Shown piece by piece: positions 1 through 8,241 of a DNA stretch of 64,000 bases (positions are counted from its first letter, which is position 1; each line of letters opens with the position of its first letter). A program made the translations under genes and the position numbers. The notes below the pieces were generated by a model. It was given only the letters and a program-made list of their open reading frames with translations, made no database searches and was not told the origin of the DNA. Origin of the DNA: an uncultured Thermoleophilaceae bacterium (GTDB lineage Bacteria; Actinomycetota; Thermoleophilia; Solirubrobacterales; Thermoleophilaceae); NCBI GenBank assembly GCA_963827065.1, contig CAWGZM010000007.1, positions 182,066 through 246,065 of the forward strand. Direction: 5' to 3'.

Positions 1-584
1 TCGAGACTCCGAAAGGCACACTCGACCTGCGGCTCCCCCTCCCCGGCCTCTACAACGTCTACAACGCCGTCGCCGCCGCGGCCACGCTCCTGCGCCTGAA
101 CGTCCCGCTCACGGCCGTAGGCGAGGCCCTGGAGGGCTTTGGCGGCGCCTTCGGGCGGGTGGAGACGATCCCGATCGACGGCCGCCAGGTCTCGATCCTG
201 CTGATCAAGAACCCGGCCGGCGCAAACGAGGTGCTGCGCACGCTCACGCTCGAGGAGGGCGAGCTCGACCTCTGGTTCGCGCTCAACGACCGCATCGCCG
301 ACGGGCGCGACATCTCCTGGATCTGGGACGCCGACTTCGAGGTGCTCGCCGGCCGGGTGCGACGCGCGACCTGCTCGGGCACGCGCGCGGAGGAGTTGGC
401 GCTGCGCCTCAAGTACGCGGGCATCGACGCGCCGATCGAGGTCAACCGGGACCTCGGCGGATCGCTCGACAGCGCGGTCGCCGTGGCCGGCGAGCGCCTC
501 TTTGCGCTCCCCACCTACACGGCGCTGCTCGAGCTGCGCGACCTACTCGCGAGGCGCGGGCTGGCGAAGAGGTGGTCCGAGTGA
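1..584 (+). CDS. murT: MurT (lipid II isoglutaminyl synthase, Mur-ligase-like subunit), 3' part. The 5' end lies upstream of the window.
   Basis: Frame 3 is open from the window edge. The translation ...GLYNVYNAVAAAATLL...FGRVETIPIDGRQVSILLIKNPAGANEVLRTL...WIWDADFE... matches the MurT C-terminal (DUF1727) region. Its partner GatD lies 0.7 kb downstream. Confidence 0.8.
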   Translation, partial: ETPKGTLDLRLPLPGLYNVYNAVAAAATLLRLNVPLTAVGEALEGFGGAFGRVETIPIDGRQVSILLIKNPAGANEVLRTLTLEEGELDLWFALNDRIADGRDISWIWDADFEVLAGRVRRATCSGTRAEELALRLKYAGIDAPIEVNRDLGGSLDSAVAVAGERLFALPTYTALLELRDLLARRGLAKRWSE

Positions 585-1294
585 TCTCCAGGGAGGTCAT
601 CTGGCACGACGTCGAGAACGGCTCCTACGCGGCCGATCTCGAGCTGTGGCGCGCACTCGCGGCCGAGGGGAGCGGGCCGATCCTGGATCTCGGGGCGGGC
701 ACCGGCAGGGTCGCTCGCGACCTCCATGCCGCGGGACACGAGGTCCACGCGCTCGACTCGGACGCCGAGCTGCTCGCCGCGCTCGAGGAGCGGGCGCCCG
801 GCGTGACCACACTCAGGGCCGACGCGCGCACTTTCTCGTCCAGTGAGCGCTTCGCACTGATCCTCGCCCCCATGCAGCTGGTTCAGATCCTCGGCGGGCC
901 GGCCGCGCGGCTTGCCATGCTCGAAAGCGTGCACCGGCACCTCCAGCCCGCAGGGCGCTTCGCCGCCGCGCTCGCCGACCCGTACGACGCGGTGGCAGAG
1001 GAGGACCGCTCGCCGCCCTATCCCGACATGATCGAGAATGACGGCTGGGTTTTCTCGAGCCAGCCCGTGTGGGTCCGCGAGGAGGCGGGCCAGGTGATAG
1101 TCGAGCGCCACCGCCAGGCGGTCTCGCCCAACGGGGGTCTGGAGGAGGAGATCGCGCCCTTCGCGCTCGACGTGATCAGCCCGGCCGAGCTCGAGGACGA
1201 GGCGCGCGCGGCGGGGCTCGTGCCGGTCGCTCGTCACACCATTCCGGAGACGCCCGATCACATCGGGAGCGTGGTGGTCGAGTGCCGGCGCTGA
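572..1294 (+). CDS. Class I SAM-dependent methyltransferase
   Basis: Motif I ILDLGAGTGRVARDL followed by the acidic loop HALDSD. The GTG start overlaps the murT stop (alternative GTGA at 581-584). The 3' end overlaps the gatD start by 13 nt. Confidence 0.75.
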   Translation: MVRVISREVIWHDVENGSYAADLELWRALAAEGSGPILDLGAGTGRVARDLHAAGHEVHALDSDAELLAALEERAPGVTTLRADARTFSSSERFALILAPMQLVQILGGPAARLAMLESVHRHLQPAGRFAAALADPYDAVAEEDRSPPYPDMIENDGWVFSSQPVWVREEAGQVIVERHRQAVSPNGGLEEEIAPFALDVISPAELEDEARAAGLVPVARHTIPETPDHIGSVVVECRR

Positions 1295-2004
1295 GGGTCT
1301 GCTCGCTCTACCCCGAGCTGATGAACATCTACGCCGATCGCGGCAACATCGCGATTCTGCGCGCGCGCTGCGAGTGGCGCGGCCTCGGCTTCGAGCACGT
1401 GGCGTCCGGCCCGGGCGAGCCGCTGGACCCGGACGTCCATGACCTCTTCTACATGGGTGGCGGCCAGGACCGTGACCAGATCGCGATCGCGCCCGACATG
1501 GCCGAGACCAAGCGGGCGGGCCTGCACGAGGCCGCCGAGCGCGGTGCCGTCGTGCTCGCCGTGTGCGGGGGCTACCAGCTGCTCGGCCACTCCTACGAGC
1601 TCGGCGGCGAGGAGCTGCCTGGCGTCGGCCTCGTCGACCTGAGGACGGTCCGCGAGCCCGGTCCACGGCTGATCGGCAACTGCGCGATCGAGGCCGACCT
1701 CGGCACGGGCCAGCGCGTGATCGCGGGCTTCGAGAACCACGGCGGGCGCACGTACCTCGGAAGCGGCGAGCGCCCGCTCGGGCGGGTGCTCAAGGGCCAC
1801 GGCAACAACGGCCGCGACGGCTTCGAGGGGGTGCACTCGCGCAACGTGATCGGGACCTACCTGCACGGCCCGCTTCTGCCGAAGAACGTCTGGCTCGCGG
1901 ACCGGCTCATCGAGCTGGCGCTAGGCATCGAGCTGGAGCCGCTGGCCGACGACCGGCTCGAGGCCGCCGCACACGGCTCGGCGCGCCGCGCGGCGGGCGT
2001 CTAG
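1282..2004 (+). CDS. gatD: GatD (glutamine amidotransferase subunit of lipid II isoglutaminyl synthase, CobQ/CobB-type GATase)
   Basis: LYPELMNIYADRGNI, nucleophile motif CGGYQLLG, GFENHGGRT and GTYLHGPLLPKN all align with S. aureus GatD as remembered. The start was moved to GTG 1282. The upstream part of ORF 1069-2004 is Arg/Gly-rich and looks non-coding. Confidence 0.8.
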   Translation: MPALRVCSLYPELMNIYADRGNIAILRARCEWRGLGFEHVASGPGEPLDPDVHDLFYMGGGQDRDQIAIAPDMAETKRAGLHEAAERGAVVLAVCGGYQLLGHSYELGGEELPGVGLVDLRTVREPGPRLIGNCAIEADLGTGQRVIAGFENHGGRTYLGSGERPLGRVLKGHGNNGRDGFEGVHSRNVIGTYLHGPLLPKNVWLADRLIELALGIELEPLADDRLEAAAHGSARRAAGV

Positions 2005-3731
2005 GCGAGCCCGGCGACGCGCAGCACCTCGGCCACCGAGGTGATCCCGCGCCTGATCTTCTCGAGCCCGTCCTCGCGCAGCGTGCGCATCCCCTCTGCT
2101 CGGGCGGCGGCGCGCAGCTCGTCGGCTGCGCGCTGCTCGAGGATGAGCCGGCGCAGATGGTCCGTCATCGGCATCACCTCGTAGAGGCCGATGCGGCCCC
2201 GGTAGCCCGTCTGCGCGCAGCGCACGCAGCCGCCGGGCTCGAAGCCGCCGAAGCCGCGCTCGACCGCGAAGCCGTTTCGGACGAGGACCGCCTTCGCGAG
2301 CTTGACCGGCTGCTTGCAGTCGCACAGGCGGCGCACGAGCCGCTGCGCAACCACGCACTCGATGCCGGCGGCGACCAGGAAGGGCTCGATGCCCATATCG
2401 ACCAGGCGAGCGGCCGCGAGCGGGGCGTCATTTGTGTGCAGCGTGGTCAGCACGAGGTGCCCCGTGAGCGCCGACTCGATCGCGAGGGCGGCGGTCTCCG
2501 CGTCACGCACCTCGCCGACCATGATCACGTCCGGGTCGGCGCGCACCAGCGAGCGCAGACCGGAGGCGAAGGTCAGCCCGCCCTTTGGGTGCACCTGCAC
2601 CTGCTTGACCCCATCGAGCTCGTACTCGACCGGGTCCTCCACGGTGATCAGCGTCTTCTCCGGCGAGTTGACCTCGTTCATTGCGGCGTAGAGCGTCGTC
2701 GTCTTGCCGGAGCCGGTCGGCCCCGTCACCAGCACGGCGCCGTGCGTCCCGCGGATCGCGTGCCGGAAGCGCTCTCGCTCCGGCGCGTCCATGCCGAGCC
2801 GGTCGAGCTCGACGACCACCTGCGTCTTGTCGAGGATCCGCATCACGACCGACTCGCCGCGCACGACCGGCAGCGTCGCGACGCGCAGATCCACGTAGTG
2901 GCCGTCCACCGACAGGCCGATGCGGCCGTCCTGTGGGAGGCGCTTCTCGGAGATGTCGAGCTCGGCCATGATCTTGATGCGCGAAACGAGCCCGGACACG
3001 AGGTGCCGCGGCACGGTGGTCGAGTCGAACACCACGCCGTCGACGCGGAAGCGCACGCGCATGTTTGATGCGCGCGGCTCGAAGTGCACGTCCGAGGCGC
3101 CGCGCCGGACGGCGTCGGCGATCACCGAGTGGACGAGCTTGACGACCGGGGCATCGTCGGCCGACTCGCGCAGCTCGATCACCTGGGCCGCGTCGTCCTC
3201 CGTCTCTTCGTGAATCTTCTTGACGGACTCCTCGAGCGTCGACAGCCCGGCGATCAGCGCCTCGATGTCCTCCAGCGACGCGACCGCGCGCCGGACCTCG
3301 TACCCGGTCGCCATCGTGATGTCGTCGAGCGCGAGCAGGTTGGCCGGGTCCGCGGTCGCCACCAGCAGCGCGCCCTCGCCGAGGAACGCGATCGGGACCG
3401 TCCGGTAGCGCTTGGCCTTGGCGGCGTCGATGAGCGCCGCGGCGCCCTTGTCGACGTCGAAGACGTTCAGGTCGACGTAGTGCAGCCCGTTGCGCTCGGC
3501 AAGCGCCTGGGCGAGCTGCTTCGAGTCGACGAGGCCGGCATCTATGAGGCTCTGGCCGAGCGCGATGCCGCGTGCCCTCCCCTCCGCCACGACGCGCTCG
3601 ACGACGCCGCGCTCGGCGAACCCCAGCTGCACGATCACGTCGCCGATTCGCCGCATGGCGCCGGTCCGCGTGGTGGGCGGCATGAGTCCGGGCACGGGGA
3701 ACGGCCCCGCCGAGGCAGCCTGGGCTTCCAT
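2001..3731 (-). CDS. GspE/PilB-family type II/IV secretion ATPase with N-terminal T2SSE_N (MshEN) domain
   Basis: Walker A GPTGSGKTTT, the TVEDPVEY Asp box, a Walker B/His box (VIMVGEVRD ... LTGHLVLTTLHTN) and a C-terminal Cys cluster (CDC...CVRC). The N-domain reads RRIGDVIVQLGF...ALGQSLIDAGLVDSKQLAQALAE. The start could be the internal Met at 3683 or 3656. Confidence 0.85.
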   Translation of the reverse strand: MEAQAASAGPFPVPGLMPPTTRTGAMRRIGDVIVQLGFAERGVVERVVAEGRARGIALGQSLIDAGLVDSKQLAQALAERNGLHYVDLNVFDVDKGAAALIDAAKAKRYRTVPIAFLGEGALLVATADPANLLALDDITMATGYEVRRAVASLEDIEALIAGLSTLEESVKKIHEETEDDAAQVIELRESADDAPVVKLVHSVIADAVRRGASDVHFEPRASNMRVRFRVDGVVFDSTTVPRHLVSGLVSRIKIMAELDISEKRLPQDGRIGLSVDGHYVDLRVATLPVVRGESVVMRILDKTQVVVELDRLGMDAPERERFRHAIRGTHGAVLVTGPTGSGKTTTLYAAMNEVNSPEKTLITVEDPVEYELDGVKQVQVHPKGGLTFASGLRSLVRADPDVIMVGEVRDAETAALAIESALTGHLVLTTLHTNDAPLAAARLVDMGIEPFLVAAGIECVVAQRLVRRLCDCKQPVKLAKAVLVRNGFAVERGFGGFEPGGCVRCAQTGYRGRIGLYEVMPMTDHLRRLILEQRAADELRAAARAEGMRTLREDGLEKIRRGITSVAEVLRVAGLA

Positions 3732-3768
3732 ACCTACCGAATATCGGCACGAGCCGGTTGGGGTTGAG

Positions 3769-4134
3769 ATGGCGAGGTCCGGCGCAGCGGGTAGCGTCTG
3801 GACGGTGAACCTCTCCGACTACCAGCGCCGCTCGCGCGCCACCGCGGTCTACCCGGACGCGGGCGCGAACCTCACCTACCCCGCCCTCGGGCTCTGCGGA
3901 GAGGCAGGCGAGGCCGCCGAGAAGGTCAAGAAGACGATCCGCGACGACGGCGGCGTGCTTACGGACGAGCGCCGCGACGCGCTGGCGGCTGAGCTCGGGG
4001 ACGTGCTCTGGTACGTGGCTCAGCTGGCGACGGAGGCCGGGCTCGATCTCGACGAGGTCGCCGAGAGCAACCTCGAGAAGCTGCTCTCGCGCCGCGAGCG
4101 CGCCGTCCTGCACGGCAGCGGCGACTTCCGCTAG
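3769..4134 (+). CDS. MazG-like nucleotide pyrophosphohydrolase (small all-alpha NTP-PPase)
   Basis: LSDYQRRSRATAVYP...LGLCGEAGEAAEKVKK...ELGDVLWYVAQLA...NLEKLLSRRERG-like layout. The ATG at 3769 is chosen because the longer ORF from 3490 would overlap the divergent ATPase gene. Confidence 0.65.
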   Translation: MARSGAAGSVWTVNLSDYQRRSRATAVYPDAGANLTYPALGLCGEAGEAAEKVKKTIRDDGGVLTDERRDALAAELGDVLWYVAQLATEAGLDLDEVAESNLEKLLSRRERAVLHGSGDFR

Positions 4135-5444
4135 CTCAGCGCGCCGTTTCCGTTCTCGAAGCGCTCGAAGCGCGAAGCGACGGACACCGGCACACGTGCG
4201 CGTACACGGACGCCCTCGGCGGTGTCCTCGCGCTCGAGCTCGCCGGCCAGGTCGTGGAGCTCGGACAGGCTCGTGCCCTCGTTGTAAGGGACGAGGAGCT
4301 CCATCGGGCGCAGCGATGCAAGGAAGCGCGCCTCGATCGCCTCGCGCAGGTCGGCGAGGCCCTCGCCGGTGGTCGCCGACACCTGCACGGCCTGCGGGAA
4401 GCGGAATGACAGCTCGCGGCGGCGCTCGGCCGTGCGCTGGCCCGCGCCGGAGCCATCACCTTCGACCAGATCGACCTTGTTGAGCGCGAGCAGGCGCGGG
4501 CGCTCGCCGGCGCCCGTCTCCGCCAGCACCTCGTCGACCGCGGACAGCATCTCGTGCAGCTCATCCTCGGGCACCGAGGCGTCGGCGACGTGCACGATCA
4601 GGTCGGCGCCGAGTGCCTCCTCGAGCGTCGCTGAGAAAGCGTCGACGAGCGCGTGCGGCAGCTTGCGGATGAAGCCGACCGTGTCGGTCACGAGGTAGGT
4701 GCGGCCGCTGATCTCGAGGGAGCGGGTGGTCGGATCGAGCGTGTGGAAGAGCCGGTCGCGAACGCTGACTTCGGCGCCGGTCAGCGCGTTCAGGAGCGTC
4801 GACTTGCCGGCGTTCGTGTATCCGGCGAGTGCGACCGTCGGCAGCCCGGCGCGTTCGCGCTCGGCGCGCATCGTCGAGCGGGTCGCCTTGGTGTGCGTGA
4901 GGCGCCGCCGCAGCGCGGCGATCCGGTCGCGCGCCAGCCGGCGGTCGGTCTCGATCTGGGTCTCGCCCGGCCCCCTCGTCCCGATGCCGCCGTCCATACG
5001 GCCGGCGCCGAGGCGCTCGAGGTGGGTCCAGAGCCCCCGCATGCGCGCGAGGTTGTACTCGAGCTGGGCCAGCTCGACCTGGAGCTTGCCCTCTGCCGAG
5101 TGGGCGTGGTCGGCGAAGATGTCGAGGATGATCGCCGTGCGGTCGATCACGGGCACGCCGAGCGCCTCCTCGAGGTTGCGCTCTTGGCGCGGCAGCAACT
5201 CGTCGTCGCAGGCGACCAGGTTCGCGTCGGCGTCCTTTACGGCCCGCTTCAGCTCGTCGAGCTTGCCGCGCCCGAAGTAACGGTCGGGATCGGGCTGTTC
5301 ACGGCGCTGGACGAGCTCGCCGACGGCCGCGACGCCCGCGGTTCGGAGTAGCTCGCGCAGCTCAGAGAGGTCCGGCTCCGTCGGGCTGACCCCGATGCAG
5401 AGCGCACGCTGTCGCGCCCTGGGCTGGGAGGTCAGTTCTTGCAT
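4131..5444 (-). CDS. hflX: GTPase HflX
   Basis: HflX N-domain (AIILDIFADHAHSAEGKLQVELAQLEY), G1 GYTNAGKSTLLNALTG, G3 DTVGF and G4 NKVD. Confidence 0.9.
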   Translation of the reverse strand: MQELTSQPRARQRALCIGVSPTEPDLSELRELLRTAGVAAVGELVQRREQPDPDRYFGRGKLDELKRAVKDADANLVACDDELLPRQERNLEEALGVPVIDRTAIILDIFADHAHSAEGKLQVELAQLEYNLARMRGLWTHLERLGAGRMDGGIGTRGPGETQIETDRRLARDRIAALRRRLTHTKATRSTMRAERERAGLPTVALAGYTNAGKSTLLNALTGAEVSVRDRLFHTLDPTTRSLEISGRTYLVTDTVGFIRKLPHALVDAFSATLEEALGADLIVHVADASVPEDELHEMLSAVDEVLAETGAGERPRLLALNKVDLVEGDGSGAGQRTAERRRELSFRFPQAVQVSATTGEGLADLREAIEARFLASLRPMELLVPYNEGTSLSELHDLAGELEREDTAEGVRVRARVPVSVASRFERFENGNGALS

Positions 5445-5474
5445 CCCAACTAGGTTAGCCCGCTTCGGCGCGAC

Positions 5475-6179
5475 TCAGGGGAGCTGGAGGCGCTCTACGG
5501 GCGGGATGACGCCGCGCGTCTCGAACTCGGCCGGGATAGAGCTCCCGGGCAGGACGACGACGGCCTCGCCGGCGTTCCCGAGCCAGGACGCATGCCCCAC
5601 GGCGTAGCGATGCGCCGCGAGGGCGCAGGCGGCCGCATCGATCTCCTCGATGCGCCTGTGCCAGAGGTCGCCGCCCTCATCGATCACGTGATCGCCGCGC
5701 AACTCCTCGATGCGCAGCTGAATGCCGAACGGGTGGCGCTTCGCCGGCAGGCGCCGGCCCTGCAGCGCACAGAAGACGGCGTCCGCGTTCGTCTCGAAGA
5801 GCGGGAAGTCGTTGTACGAGCCCTCGGCGACGGCGCCGTCGTGGTCATCGCGGCCGTCGCGAGGCGCGTAGCGCGGCATGTCGCGGAGCGCGTCCACGAG
5901 CTTGCCGGCCTCCGGGTCGGGCGGCTGCGGGCTGACGCCGAGCTTCTGGAGGAAGTCGTCGACGTCGCGCATCGGCCGTCCCTGGCGCGGACCGCTGAGC
6001 GGCGCCCCGAGCGCAAAGACGACCTCGCCGAGCGAGCGCAGCTCCGCTGCGATCTGGTCGGAGGAGCCTGGCTCGAAGAAGATCGCGCTCAGCCGGATCG
6101 GCGGCTCGGGCGTGCGGACCTCCTCCAGCATCGCGAGCTGGAGCCTGCCTCGCATGGGAACGGCGCCGCAGTAGTGCAT
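5475..6179 (-). CDS. Hypothetical protein, DUF429-like (predicted RNase H-fold protein)
   Basis: ALGAPLSGPRQGRPMRDVDDFL and the C-terminal EIDAAACALAAHRY resemble the DUF429 signature (xDAPL...R.cD ... DAlvcAltA). The start shares one nt with the dapL stop (TGATG). Confidence 0.4.
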   Translation of the reverse strand: MHYCGAVPMRGRLQLAMLEEVRTPEPPIRLSAIFFEPGSSDQIAAELRSLGEVVFALGAPLSGPRQGRPMRDVDDFLQKLGVSPQPPDPEAGKLVDALRDMPRYAPRDGRDDHDGAVAEGSYNDFPLFETNADAVFCALQGRRLPAKRHPFGIQLRIEELRGDHVIDEGGDLWHRRIEEIDAAACALAAHRYAVGHASWLGNAGEAVVVLPGSSIPAEFETRGVIPPVERLQLP

Positions 6180-7360
6180 CAGCCGCCGAGGCTACCCCTG
6201 ATCCGCTCGACGGCCTCGCTCAGCCGCTCGTCGTCGATCGTGAGCGAGATCCTGAAGAAGCCCTCGCCGTTGGGCCCGTAGGCGCCCCCGGGCGACACGA
6301 CGACGCCGGACTCCTCGAGCACGAGCTCGCAGTAGGAGGCCGAGGTGTGCCCCGCCGGCACCGGCGCCCACACGTAGATCGTGCCCTTAGGCGGCGTCAC
6401 GTCGACGCCGATCTCACGCAGCGCGTCGCAGACGAGGTCGCGGCGGCGCTCATAGAGCGCGGGCATCTCGGCGGGTGGCCCGTCGTCGAGCGCGCGCGCC
6501 GCGGCGAGCTGGACGGCCTCGAACACGCCCGAGTCGATGTTCGTCTTGAGCTTCCAGTAGGTCGCCACGGCGTCCGGGTTGCCGACGATCGCCGCCGTAC
6601 GCCAGCCGGTCATGTTCCAGCCCTTCGAGAGCGAGAAGACCTCCACGCCCACGTCCTTCGCGCCCGGGGTCGCGAGAAAGCTCGGCGCGACGTAGCCGTC
6701 GAAGGTCGTCTCCGTGTAGGAGGCGTCGTGGACGATCAGGACGTCGTGCTCGCGCCCGAACTCGACAGCGCGCTCGAACAGCCCGTCGGGCGCGACGGCG
6801 CCGGTTGGGTTGTTCGGGTAGTTGATGAAGAGGAGACGCGCCCGCGCCGCCACGTCGCCCTCGATCGCGTCGAGGTCGGGCGCGAAGCCGAGCTCCGGCA
6901 GCAGCGGCATCAACACCGGCTCGGCCCCGGCAAGCAGCGGGCCGCCGGTGTAGACGGGGTAGCCGGGATCGGCCGCCAGCGCCACGGAGTCCGGATCGAG
7001 GAAGGCGAGATTCAGGTTGAAGATGCACTCCTTGGCGCCGAGCGCGGGGATGATCTCGTTGTCGGGATCGAGCTCGACGCCGAAGCGACGCGCGTAGAAG
7101 CGGGCGAACGCCTCGCGCAGCTCGGGACGGCCGCGGTTCGACGGGTACCGGTGCGTGCCCGGATCGGCGGCGGCCTGCCCGAGCGCCTCCACGACGGGCG
7201 CCGGGGTCGGCGTATCGGGATCGCCGATGCCGAGGCTGATCACGTCGACGCCCGCCGCCTTCTTCTCGGCGATCTTGCGCTCGAGCTCGGCGAACAGGTA
7301 GGGAGGCAGGCGGTCGAGACGGCTACTGGGTTTCATCGAGCTCCTTGACGAATTCATCAC
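6179..7360 (-). CDS. dapL: LL-diaminopimelate aminotransferase (class I/II PLP aminotransferase, DapL type)
   Basis: RLDRLPPYLFAELERKIAEKKAAGVDVISLGIGDPDTPTP, the NYPNNPTG motif and the PLP-lysine context SLSKGWNMTGWR. It is adjacent to dapF. An alternative start (MKPSS) is at 7336. Confidence 0.75.
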   Translation of the reverse strand: MMNSSRSSMKPSSRLDRLPPYLFAELERKIAEKKAAGVDVISLGIGDPDTPTPAPVVEALGQAAADPGTHRYPSNRGRPELREAFARFYARRFGVELDPDNEIIPALGAKECIFNLNLAFLDPDSVALAADPGYPVYTGGPLLAGAEPVLMPLLPELGFAPDLDAIEGDVAARARLLFINYPNNPTGAVAPDGLFERAVEFGREHDVLIVHDASYTETTFDGYVAPSFLATPGAKDVGVEVFSLSKGWNMTGWRTAAIVGNPDAVATYWKLKTNIDSGVFEAVQLAAARALDDGPPAEMPALYERRRDLVCDALREIGVDVTPPKGTIYVWAPVPAGHTSASYCELVLEESGVVVSPGGAYGPNGEGFFRISLTIDDERLSEAVERIRGSLGG

Positions 7361-8168
7361 TCAGGACGCCGGCGTAGACGGGCCTCGCCCAGCCGGTCAG
7401 GTCGACGTGCATGTCCTCCCCCACGTCCACGACGAGCTCACCTCCGTCGAGCTCGACCGTCACGGGGCTGTCGACGCCACGCAGCACCGCGGCCACCGCG
7501 GCTCCGCTCGCGCCGGTCCCGGACGACATCGTCTCCCCCACCCCGCGCTCGAAGATTCGCACGCGTATCGACGCGTCGCCGTTGCGGCGCCAGAACGAGA
7601 CGTTCGTGCGCCGCGGGAACAGCTCGTGGCGCTCGATCTCGGGGCCGTGAAGGGCCAGATCGAGCTCCTCCAGGCCCTCGCCGAGCTCGATTGAGCACTG
7701 CGGGTTGCCGACCTGCACGAACTGGAAGTCGAACTCGCGGCCGCCCGCGCTCAGCCTGCCGGTGCCGTCGTCGGCGCCGCTCGGGAAGTCCTCGGGGGAG
7801 CGCAGCCGGGCGCGCCCTATGTCGAGCGTGCAGAGCTCCCCGTCGATGCGCGGGCGCACCTCGCCGGCCACGGTGCGGACGGAGAAGCTGTCCTGCTCCG
7901 TCCAGCCGCTGCGACGCAGATACATCACCGCCTGGCGGACGCCGTTGCCGGACAGCTCCGCCTCGGAGCCATCCGGGTTGTAGATGCGGATCTCGGCGAC
8001 GAAGCCGCGCTCCTCGGTCTCTCGGATGAGCAGGATCCCGTCCGAGCCGACACCTGTGTGGGGAGCGCAGAAGCGGCGGATGCGCCCAGGCGTCAGCTCG
8101 AACGGGAGCTCTCTCTCCTCGACGATCGCGTAGTCGTTGCCCAGGGCCTGCCACTTCTCGAAGCGCAC
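7323..8168 (-). CDS. dapF: Diaminopimelate epimerase
   Basis: VRFEKWQALGNDYAIVE N-terminus, catalytic Cys contexts (VGNPQC ... ERGVGETMSSGTGA). The start is set to GTG 8168. The ORF is open to 8237, but that extension is Arg-rich. Confidence 0.85.
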   Translation of the reverse strand: MRFEKWQALGNDYAIVEERELPFELTPGRIRRFCAPHTGVGSDGILLIRETEERGFVAEIRIYNPDGSEAELSGNGVRQAVMYLRRSGWTEQDSFSVRTVAGEVRPRIDGELCTLDIGRARLRSPEDFPSGADDGTGRLSAGGREFDFQFVQVGNPQCSIELGEGLEELDLALHGPEIERHELFPRRTNVSFWRRNGDASIRVRIFERGVGETMSSGTGASGAAVAAVLRGVDSPVTVELDGGELVVDVGEDMHVDLTGWARPVYAGVLSDEFVKELDETQ

Positions 8169-8241
8169 GCGGCGCAGGCTATCCAGCCACCGGCCAATGC
8201 ACCGGCGGGGGGCGCGGGGGGCGCGAGCCCCCCGCATGGTC

